24,516 bases of DNA from Caldisericota bacterium (lineage in GTDB: Bacteria > Caldisericota > Caldisericia > Caldisericales > Caldisericaceae), in the NCBI GenBank assembly GCA_030642335.1, contig DAOWNX010000001.1:1-24516 (forward strand). Reading direction: 5' to 3'. Below, piece after piece: positions 9,353 to 16,409 of the stretch. The notes under the pieces are model-generated. The model ran no database searches and had not been told where the DNA came from. It was given only the letters and a program-made list of their open reading frames with translations. Each line of letters opens with the position of its first letter. The first letter of the stretch is position 1. The position numbers and the translations under genes are program-made.

Positions 9353-9362
9353 GATGAGTTAA

Positions 9363-9779
9363 TTAACCTGCACCATAATCCTCTAATTCGTAGTCCATCC
9401 TCCAATTATGTAGAATTGGACCATTTGCCCAGGACGTATGATATCTATTTTCATTATGTGCATCAACAAGAGGTGTACCTGTGCAATATTCGAAAGCAGC
9501 AACTATTCCTACATGATCAGCTCCGTATTTATGGTCTTTATCCAGCATTATCACATCAGCGAGTGCTGTATTATCATATGTTTCTATTTTGCCACACGGA
9601 GAGATAGTAATGCCATTTTTATAATCTAAATTATGTCCAATATAATAATCCATATTATCAGCTCTGCACCAGCTATAGGAAGAGTTTAGAGTTCCTTTTA
9701 CGATATGCCATTCTTGTGAAGTATAAGTATGAAGATTATCGTCTACTATTTCTGGCTCTCCATTATTATCCCAATCCAT
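9363..9779 (-). CDS. C-terminal half of a putative amidase (Amidase_6 / papain-like NlpC-P60 fold), in frame with 9783..10655
   Basis: ADVIML...ADHVGIV...LVDAHNENRY matches the His-containing half of the putative amidase domain. Separated from the upstream ORF only by TAG-AAT. Has SD GGAGGT 5 nt before its ATG. Confidence 0.65.
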   Translation of the reverse strand: MDWDNNGEPEIVDDNLHTYTSQEWHIVKGTLNSSYSWCRADNMDYYIGHNLDYKNGITISPCGKIETYDNTALADVIMLDKDHKYGADHVGIVAAFEYCTGTPLVDAHNENRYHTSWANGPILHNWRMDYELEDYGAG

Positions 9780-9782
9780 ATT

Positions 9783-10655
9783 CTACCTCCCTCCCTCATA
9801 GAGGCATTGTGATACAAAGTTTGCGCAATTGCTTGGAAATGTAAGATAGCCTGCACTGTTAGGACTACTGTTATCATTCCAGTGGTCATCTGCATAATTT
9901 GCCGTAGGTCTTTTATAAGGACTTTGTACAGTGGACTTTTCGGGAATGTGCTTATCATTATACCCCATACTTGATTTTGTAAGCTCCTCATTTATCTCTT
10001 CTGGTAATGGCAGTTGTTCTGTCGGCGGGTTTGGAAATCCTTTAATTCCACAGCCTGCAAACAATAGACCTATTTTAAGGGTATATTCCGTCCCTCCAGC
10101 ATCTGCGTTGATCAGTTTTTCTATCTTCCAACCACCTTTACCTTTTTTTATTATTACAGTATAATAATCTTCCGTCGCAGCAGTCCAGGCGCCGTTTTTA
10201 TCAACAGGAACAGCCCAATCTTGTGGAATATAGCGGGTCGTTCGCTTTGCATTTTTATCGGGTTTTACCTTATACATAAAAAACTGCTCAACGTATGCAA
10301 CTGCTGTATCGTCTTTTTCATCGATTCTATATACTCTTATAAGCGGGATAAGCTTTACAATATTGAACTTTCCAAAACCTTCTGCTGCTCCATATATCCA
10401 CTTTCTTAGTTCGGCTGTAGACTGTTTTCCTAATCTCGGATTTGTAAAAACGTTGGAGAGCAAACTCTCGTTCCCCTTTTCTCTTGTTCTGAATTCATCC
10501 ATATCCTTGCTGCTTGCAAGATACGTCCGTTCCCGGAATAGTTCGTTAACAAGTTGTTCTGGACTTCCATTTGGTGAATAAGCAACACTTTTTCCTACAA
10601 ACAATACCATAATAAAGATGCATGCAGTCAAAATAACTAAAATTCTTTTTTTCAT
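9783..10655 (-). CDS. Secreted protein; N-terminal part of a putative amidase-domain protein, ending just after the catalytic Cys motif at an amber codon (possible pseudogene)
   Basis: Signal peptide MKKRILVILTACIFIMVLFVGKSVA; YKR...NYADDHW...Y..FPSNCANFVSQCLYEGG is the Amidase_6 Cys motif. SD GAGGAGG. Confidence 0.7.
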   Translation of the reverse strand: MKKRILVILTACIFIMVLFVGKSVAYSPNGSPEQLVNELFRERTYLASSKDMDEFRTREKGNESLLSNVFTNPRLGKQSTAELRKWIYGAAEGFGKFNIVKLIPLIRVYRIDEKDDTAVAYVEQFFMYKVKPDKNAKRTTRYIPQDWAVPVDKNGAWTAATEDYYTVIIKKGKGGWKIEKLINADAGGTEYTLKIGLLFAGCGIKGFPNPPTEQLPLPEEINEELTKSSMGYNDKHIPEKSTVQSPYKRPTANYADDHWNDNSSPNSAGYLTFPSNCANFVSQCLYEGGR

Positions 10656-10696
10656 TGCAACCTCCTCATTTTAATTTTATTTTTTAGCAAATCTTT

Positions 10697-10826
10697 TCAG
10701 GCATTTTTTCTGTTTCTTACCTTTATTTTTACAAATACTCTCATAAACGTTTCCTTTAATTTTTCTTTTTGTACTGAACCTGTTAATCTTTCATTTTCCT
10801 TTTGTTCATCCCTTTTCCACATTCAT
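10697..10826 (-). other. SD-led micro-ORF MNVEKG* (10826-10806) overlapping a 41-codon frame (10822-10697); possibly one frameshifted ~42-aa ORF
   Basis: AAGGAGATGAT SD-like sequence 5 nt before ATG 10826. Removing one base from AAAAGGG joins MNVEK to DEQKENERLTGSVQKEKLKETFMRVFVKIKVRNRKNA*. Confidence 0.25.
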
Positions 10827-10857
10827 ATTTTATCATCTCCTTTAAGTAAAATTTTTC

Positions 10858-10941
10858 TTAAAATAATACTTGTTTATTAAGACGTGGGTTGCCACACTCG
10901 CCTGGAGGTTTGTTCGTAATGACTACCTTTTCTGCATTCAT
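10858..10941 (-). CDS. Unannotated 27-aa small protein MNAEKVVITNKPPGECGNPRLNKQVLF
   Basis: SD AGGAGG 6 nt upstream of ATG 10941; TAA at 10860-10858. Below the length cut-off of the ORF track. Confidence 0.4.
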   Translation of the reverse strand: MNAEKVVITNKPPGECGNPRLNKQVLF

Positions 10942-11305
10942 CTTGTACCTCCTATCAAAAATTTGCCTCTCATATATGTAGATCCATAAGCCGGAAAATT
11001 TTCCACATTTTTTGAGAGAATTTTTAAATATTTTTTGTATTATTTTTAGTTAGAGATTGTCTCGATGAATTCTTAAGTAATGTTCTTTGCTTTGTAACAT
11101 AGGAAATACTTTTGAGTTTATTGTAGGATAAAGACAAGATTTGATGAATTGTGTTCGTTTGAAATTATAGAAATACCCTGTTGTTTTTTTAATCTGTACC
11201 TTTTTTATAAATGAAATAAGGGACAAGTGATTTTTCTATCAATAACGAAGTATTTTTTAAGTTTTTGAAATCTTCTTTGAAAGCAAGCTGTTATTTAGTA
11301 ATATT

Positions 11306-12370
11306 CTAACTATATTCTTTTGCTTTTTCCTTGTTTTCTAACACTCTTCTAACTCCTCGTGCAATTGCTTCCATTTCATGCTCGCCGGGATAGACAAACA
11401 GAGGAGCAATAAAGGTTACATATTCTTTTATGCTTTTTGTAAGATCCTCTGAGTTAGCCAGTCCACCCGTTAGAACAATTGCATCTACTTCTCCCTTCAT
11501 TGCTGCGGCGTGTTTCCCTATTTCTTTTGCAATCTGGTAGACCATAGCATCAAATATCATTTTTGCATATTTGTTGCCATCGGTGATCATTTTTTCTACT
11601 TCTATTAATGAATTTGTCCCAAGGTGAGAAACAAGCCCGCCTTTCCCGGCAAGGAATTTTTTGATTTCTTCTTTTGTATATTTTCCTGAGAAACACATAT
11701 CAACAACTGCAATATTTGGCAGGTCTCCTGCACGTTCTGGTGAAAATGGCCCATCACCGTTTAAGGCATCGTTTACATCAATTATTCTTCCCTTCCTATG
11801 TGACGCAACGGATATGCCACCGCCCAAGTGTGTTACGATAAAATTTCCTTCGTTATACGTGATACCTAATTTTTTTGCTGCCTCTCTTGCTGCGGCTTTT
11901 TGATTTAGTGGATGATCTTTTGCTTTTCTTTTAATGTTTTTAAGTCCGGTAACTTTCGCAACAGGTTGCATTTCATCTACAATAACAGGATCAACAATGA
12001 ATGAGGGGATTCCTGCTTCGTTCGCAAGCGTATAAGCAAGTGGTGCTCCAAGATTTGATGCATGTTCTCCGTATTGTAAGCTCATAAGGTCTTCAATCAT
12101 TTTTTCATTTACTTTGTATGTACCTGATTCAAGGGGGTGCATATTACCTCCTCTTGCACCAATTGCATCAAAATCATTTAAGCTAAGTCCAGCTTTTTTA
12201 ATCGCGTTTAAGACAATTTTTTTTCTGAATTCAAACTGGCCTGGTATATGGGAGAATTTGGCAATTTCTTCTTTTTGGTGATCGAGTTTTTCTTTGAAAA
12301 CTTCTTTTCCGTTATCAAATATACTTATTTTTGTGGATGTAGAGCCCGGATTTATGACAAGAATTTTCAT
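11306..12370 (-). CDS. buk: Butyrate (branched-chain carboxylate) kinase
   Basis: ILVINPGSTSTK, GARGG, HASNLGA, HLGGGISV, GPFSPERAG, IVLTGG, YPGEHEM. Confidence 0.95.
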   Translation of the reverse strand: MKILVINPGSTSTKISIFDNGKEVFKEKLDHQKEEIAKFSHIPGQFEFRKKIVLNAIKKAGLSLNDFDAIGARGGNMHPLESGTYKVNEKMIEDLMSLQYGEHASNLGAPLAYTLANEAGIPSFIVDPVIVDEMQPVAKVTGLKNIKRKAKDHPLNQKAAAREAAKKLGITYNEGNFIVTHLGGGISVASHRKGRIIDVNDALNGDGPFSPERAGDLPNIAVVDMCFSGKYTKEEIKKFLAGKGGLVSHLGTNSLIEVEKMITDGNKYAKMIFDAMVYQIAKEIGKHAAAMKGEVDAIVLTGGLANSEDLTKSIKEYVTFIAPLFVYPGEHEMEAIARGVRRVLENKEKAKEYS

Positions 12371-13281
12371 TTATTCTCTCCAGCCATTGCTGAAGCAACA
12401 AGGAGCGAATAGAATTTTATTTCTACGGTATCTCCTCTGGATGGTAGAATACATGGCGCTGTTGTCCCAAGTAAAACGGCAGCTGTTTTTGCATTAAGGA
12501 GCTTTGTAGCGCATTTGTAGAAAACATTTCCTGTTTCTATATTTGGGAATATGAGGATGTCTGCATCTCCTGCAACTTTAGAGTCTACCTTTTTAATTTC
12601 AACTGCTTCTTTCGATACAGCAAGATCCATTGCTAATGGTCCATCAACAATACAGTTTTTAATCTGCCCACGTCTGTTCATTTGAGTGATAATTGCAGCG
12701 TCTATTGTGGATTCCATCTTTGGATTTACTGTTTCTGCTGCGGATAGTATAGCAACTTTCGGGTTTTTTATCCCGATTTTCATTGCAACGTCTACGCAGT
12801 ATTTTATCTGCTGAATTTTCATTTCTAAAGTTGGCTTAATAATAACCCCAGGATCAGACACAATAAGAAGTTTGTGGTAAGTGGGTACTTCAATAAAAGC
12901 TGCATTGGAGAGTAATTTTCCCTCTGGCAAAAGCCCGTATTCCTTATTTAGTATTCCCTTGAGATATTTTGAAGAGCTTACAATTCCCTTCATTAAAATA
13001 TCTGCTCTTTCTTCCCTAACGGCTTTAACGGCAAGTTTTATTGCTTTGTCATCGTCTTCTACATTAACAATTTCCATAAGAGATGTATCAATATTGTTTT
13101 TTTGTGCTGTTTCTTCTACTTTGTTTTTTCTTGCAAAGTTTATTACATTAAATAGCCCTTCTTTTATGCCTCTTTCGGCTACTTCCAAGCTGTGGGCATC
13201 TTCCCCAAATGCTATTGCTACTCTTTTTTTAGACCTTCCTTCTACTATTTTTGCTATGTCATCTATTTTTTTTATTTCCAT
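12367..13281 (-). CDS. ptb: Phosphate butyryltransferase / phosphate acyltransferase
   Basis: ADILMKG, NPKVAILSAAETVNPKM, DGPLAMDLAVS, ADILIFPNIETGN, SRGD. Translationally coupled to buk. Confidence 0.9.
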   Translation of the reverse strand: MEIKKIDDIAKIVEGRSKKRVAIAFGEDAHSLEVAERGIKEGLFNVINFARKNKVEETAQKNNIDTSLMEIVNVEDDDKAIKLAVKAVREERADILMKGIVSSSKYLKGILNKEYGLLPEGKLLSNAAFIEVPTYHKLLIVSDPGVIIKPTLEMKIQQIKYCVDVAMKIGIKNPKVAILSAAETVNPKMESTIDAAIITQMNRRGQIKNCIVDGPLAMDLAVSKEAVEIKKVDSKVAGDADILIFPNIETGNVFYKCATKLLNAKTAAVLLGTTAPCILPSRGDTVEIKFYSLLVASAMAGENK

Positions 13282-13345
13282 TTTTACACCTCCATTTCTT
13301 AGTGAATTGTAATAAGAAATGCTATTTTTTCCAAGTATTATTGGT

Positions 13346-13373
13346 ATTATATTATTGTAAAGAGGTATGTTAA
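13346..13373 (-). promoter_or_regulatory. Candidate sigma70 promoter for ptb-buk
   Basis: TTAACA (13373-13368)-N16-TATAAT (13351-13346) on the - strand. Confidence 0.5.
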
Positions 13374-13392
13374 AAAAAATTTTATATAGGTG

Positions 13393-13420
13393 TTGACTTT
13401 ATTGTGCCTTTTGATAATCT
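13393..13420 (+). promoter_or_regulatory. Candidate sigma70 promoter for the aminotransferase
   Basis: TTGACT (13393-13398)-N16-TAATCT (13415-13420) with an extended -10 TG at 13412-13413. Confidence 0.5.
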
Positions 13421-13465
13421 TGAGTGGAATTTAATTTAAAAAAGAATATAAAAGGAGATGAAAAG

Positions 13466-14770
13466 ATGGGCAGCATTTTAATCAAAACTGAAATTCCCGG
13501 TCCAAAGAGCAGAATTATTGAAGAGAGAAGAGTAAAATATGTTGCTTCCCCCATGGGTTCTCTGGCATCATTTTATGCAAATAGGGGTCATGGGGCTGTC
13601 ATAGAGGATGTAGATGGCAATAAGTTTATTGATTTTACTGGTGGATGGGGATGTCTTGCTGTCGGGCATACACCCGAAAAAGTTGTAAATGCCGTTAAAG
13701 ATCAGGCGGAAAAATATCTCCACACTGATTTTACAGCGGTACCGTATGAACCGTTTGTGGATCTTGCAAAGATGATTGCGGAGCGAGCTCCGGGAGACTT
13801 TGAAAAGCAAGTCGGATTCTTTAATAGTGGGGCAGAAGCCGTTGAAAATGCAGTGAAGATTGCTAAAGGCGCAACAAAAAGAAAAGGAATTGTTGTTTTT
13901 GATTACGCTTTCCATGGCAGAACTCTTCTGACAATGACGATGACTCACAGAGCAATGCCATACAAGTATATTTATGGTCCCTTTGCGTCAGAGGTTTACA
14001 GATTACCTTTTCCAAATCCACATGTGAATAAACTGAAGATCAGTGATTTTGAGCAAATTCTAGAAGACCATGTATGCCCAGAAAATATTGCAGCAGTTGT
14101 CATTGAACCAATTCAGGGAGAAGGCGGTTTCAATATTCCGCCCGAAGGATTCTTAGAAGAAATACAGCGAGTAACTGAAAAGTACGGCATTATGTTTATT
14201 GCAGATGAAGTGCAGAGTGGATATGGAAGATCGGGAAAGCTTTTTGCCATACAAAATTGGAATGTTGTTCCGGACCTCATTTCTTTAGGTAAGTCTATTG
14301 CAGCAGGGCTTCCTTTGTCAGCAGTTGTTGGAAATAAAAAATATTTTGATAGTTTACCGGGTAGTTCTATTGGAAGCACATTTGGTGGAAATCCACTAGC
14401 TTGCAGGGCAGGGATTGAGGTGATAAATGTTATTGAGGAAGAGCATTTGCTGGATAGGGCAGTATACCTTGGAGATATTATTAAAAAACGATTTAATGAA
14501 GTGAAGGGGAAATATCCAGCAATAGGAGAAACAAGAGGCATTGGGGCACTCAGGGCAATAGAGTTTATTAAAGATAGAGATACGTGGGAGCCAGATAGCG
14601 ATACCGCAAAAGCTGTAATCCAGGAAGCAATGAAAAATGGATTAATTCTTGCAGGAGCGGGGATTCATGGTAACGTTATCCGTTTCCTTATCCCTCTTGT
14701 GATTACTGACGAACAGCTAAACGAAGGATTGGATGTACTTGATAGAGCAATTGGAACAGTAACAAAGTAG
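13466..14770 (+). CDS. gabT: 4-aminobutyrate (or 5-aminovalerate):2-oxoglutarate aminotransferase, class III PLP enzyme
   Basis: DVDGNKFIDFTGG, FFNSGAEAVENAVK, AFHGRT, EPIQGEGG, IADEVQSGYGRSG, GKSIAAGLPLS (PLP Lys), STFGGNP. ATG 13466 is preferred because of SD AGGAG. Confidence 0.85.
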   Translation: MGSILIKTEIPGPKSRIIEERRVKYVASPMGSLASFYANRGHGAVIEDVDGNKFIDFTGGWGCLAVGHTPEKVVNAVKDQAEKYLHTDFTAVPYEPFVDLAKMIAERAPGDFEKQVGFFNSGAEAVENAVKIAKGATKRKGIVVFDYAFHGRTLLTMTMTHRAMPYKYIYGPFASEVYRLPFPNPHVNKLKISDFEQILEDHVCPENIAAVVIEPIQGEGGFNIPPEGFLEEIQRVTEKYGIMFIADEVQSGYGRSGKLFAIQNWNVVPDLISLGKSIAAGLPLSAVVGNKKYFDSLPGSSIGSTFGGNPLACRAGIEVINVIEEEHLLDRAVYLGDIIKKRFNEVKGKYPAIGETRGIGALRAIEFIKDRDTWEPDSDTAKAVIQEAMKNGLILAGAGIHGNVIRFLIPLVITDEQLNEGLDVLDRAIGTVTK

Positions 14771-14792
14771 AAAATATAAATTAAAGCATAGT

Positions 14793-14828
14793 ACAGAGCC
14801 CGGTTTTTGTGACGGGCTCTGTTTTTTT
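14793..14828 (+). terminator. Rho-independent terminator of gabT
   Basis: Stem ACAGAGCCCG/CGGGCTCTGT followed by a T run. Confidence 0.9.
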
Positions 14829-14950
14829 AAAATTTTATAGAGATTTTTCTTGATTCATTAGACGAAATAAAAGAGAAAATTAAGAAAGATATTGAACCTT
14901 CTCAAAAGGATTATACGATCTGGTTGTAAGTTTATATAAGAATGTTTTTT

Positions 14951-14966
14951 TGTTCCACATGGAACA
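14951..14966. other. parS-like centromere site TGTTCCACATGGAACA
   Basis: Intergenic 16-mer, 15/16 identical to the palindrome TGTTCCACGTGGAACA of the chromosomal parS family. About 1.4 kb from parB. Confidence 0.65.
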
Positions 14967-14967
14967 T

Positions 14968-15741
14968 TTAAGGTTGCAACACTTCCTCTATGTTTCCATT
15001 TGCTGAGATGATTATATTGTAATCCGGGTAAAATTGTTTTACTGTTTGTTCTATCTCAGCGCGTATAGTTTGTACTTTGCACGAGCCACCAGTTATACTG
15101 AGAAATTCTTCTCCAAAATCTACAACTACACTTTCGCCTTCTATTTTTACGTAATTTATACTTGTGCTTTGTGGGATTAGCGAGTCCAGATATCCCAATT
15201 CTTTTTCTTTTTCAGTTGGCCCATTGATTAAGAATTGTAGTGCGTCAATAGCTGTAGTTTCACTTTCTTTCTTTATTCTTCTCTCAAGAGAATATACCTT
15301 TTCGCAATCTATCATTTCCGGATTTTTTACACTGTTTGAAAGGTAGATATTTGCTAATTGATACTCTATATTGTAGGAAAGGGTTTTTTCCTCTTTTTCT
15401 AGAGTTGTACCATCTTTGGCTGAGATAAGGAAACATTTTAACGTAATCTGATCTGATTGGGGGAAAAGAGATAGAACTATATCCTTTTTGAATGTACCGT
15501 ATTCTGATGGTTCTTTTGCATCCGTAGTTGTAAAACCAGCAAAACAGATATTACCTTCACTGTCCGTTACTTCTATATTTACGGTTCCTTCAAATGCTAT
15601 TGCTTCTCCTTCGACATGCACAGTGCCGTCTTCATTGACTGATGCATTGTTTAGTATAAGATTTTTCTGTTCAGTTTTACAACCCTGCATCGCTAACAGT
15701 AAAACAAACACACTAAAGATCAATGCAACAATTTTTTTCAT
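14968..15741 (-). CDS. Lipoprotein with Gmad2 immunoglobulin-like domain and GerMN domain
   Basis: Lipobox MQGC. Gmad2-like VEGEAIAFEGTVNIEV...YGTF. GerMN-like ALQFLINGPTEKE...IPQST...VDF...GGSCKVQTIRAEIEQTVKQF. Confidence 0.85.
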   Translation of the reverse strand: MKKIVALIFSVFVLLLAMQGCKTEQKNLILNNASVNEDGTVHVEGEAIAFEGTVNIEVTDSEGNICFAGFTTTDAKEPSEYGTFKKDIVLSLFPQSDQITLKCFLISAKDGTTLEKEEKTLSYNIEYQLANIYLSNSVKNPEMIDCEKVYSLERRIKKESETTAIDALQFLINGPTEKEKELGYLDSLIPQSTSINYVKIEGESVVVDFGEEFLSITGGSCKVQTIRAEIEQTVKQFYPDYNIIISANGNIEEVLQP

Positions 15742-15761
15742 TTATTACCTCCATCATTTAA

Positions 15762-15801
15762 ATTCTACTGCTTTTTTATTTTTATGTCAATCTGTTAGAA
15801 T
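15762..15801. promoter_or_regulatory. Overlapping divergent promoters: TTGACA-N17-TAGAAT (- strand, 15790-15762) for the lipoprotein, and extended -10 TGtTAGAAT (+ strand, 15793-15801) for the HAD gene
   Basis: Read directly in the 67-bp intergenic gap. Confidence 0.65.
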
Positions 15802-15808
15802 TGTAGGT

Positions 15809-16399
15809 ATGAAGAGAAAAAAAAGAGAAGCAATTCGTTGCATTATTTTTGATTTGGATGGAACGCTCTTTGATGCGCCATATGATTGGGCTAAGATAAA
15901 ACAGATTCTTGAAGTGCCTGAAGGGGAGGGAATTCTTTCTTATATAGAAAAGTTGCCAGATAAGACGAAAATAGAAAAGATGCATATGCTAAAAACAATT
16001 GAAGAAGAAGCAACCAGAAAAGGCAAGTTAAAAGGCGGGGTACAAGAGCTGCTTGGAGAGCTCAAAAGAAAAGGAATAAAAAGAGTCCTTCTAACAAATA
16101 ATCTTTTACGGAATGTCCGTTACATTGCAAGAAAGTACAGAATAGATTTTGATATGGTAATTACCCGTGAAATGGGGATGACAAAACCCGGGAATGCTGC
16201 AATCCTTTATATTTTAAAGGAGTTTGGTTTAAATAAAGATGAAGTCATTCTTGTGGGTGATAGTATTTATGATGTAGAACCAGCAAACCTGTCAAAAATT
16301 TCTATGATTATTGTAGGAGAAATACCACTCAAAGGGAATTTTATGCGCGTGAAAGACATAGCACATCTTTCTGAGCTGCTTCTTAGTGAGAATAATTAA
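15809..16399 (+). CDS. HAD-superfamily hydrolase (phosphoglycolate-phosphatase-like)
   Basis: IIFDLDGTL (motif I), LLTNN (II), TKP (III), VGDSIYDV (IV). True start is ATG 15809; the ORF-track extension to 15488 is antisense to the Gmad2 gene. Confidence 0.85.
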   Translation: MKRKKREAIRCIIFDLDGTLFDAPYDWAKIKQILEVPEGEGILSYIEKLPDKTKIEKMHMLKTIEEEATRKGKLKGGVQELLGELKRKGIKRVLLTNNLLRNVRYIARKYRIDFDMVITREMGMTKPGNAAILYILKEFGLNKDEVILVGDSIYDVEPANLSKISMIIVGEIPLKGNFMRVKDIAHLSELLLSENN

Positions 16400-16409
16400 T
16401 TGCTACGAA

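Noticed and set aside
9780-9785. Genome-wide reassignment of TAG as an explanation for the amidase stop
   Set aside because: TAG ends DUF1667, buk and gabT at their expected C-termini, so it is a normal stop. Only site-specific readthrough remains possible.
11041-11305. AT-rich spacer examined for a riboswitch, IS ends, CRISPR repeats or ORF remnants
   Set aside because: No recognisable RNA motif, terminal inverted repeats, regular repeats or convincing coding frame.
13424-13465. GTG start extension of gabT given by the ORF track
   Set aside because: It lies just after the predicted -10 and has no SD. ATG 13466 has AGGAG and gives a family-typical N-terminus.
14951-14966. Reading the hairpin as a terminator for the Gmad2 gene
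   Set aside because: On the - strand it is followed by an A run, not a U run, and the sequence fits parS better.
15488-15808. 107-codon N-terminal extension of the HAD ORF
   Set aside because: It is the antisense shadow of the Gmad2 lipoprotein gene and crosses both promoters.
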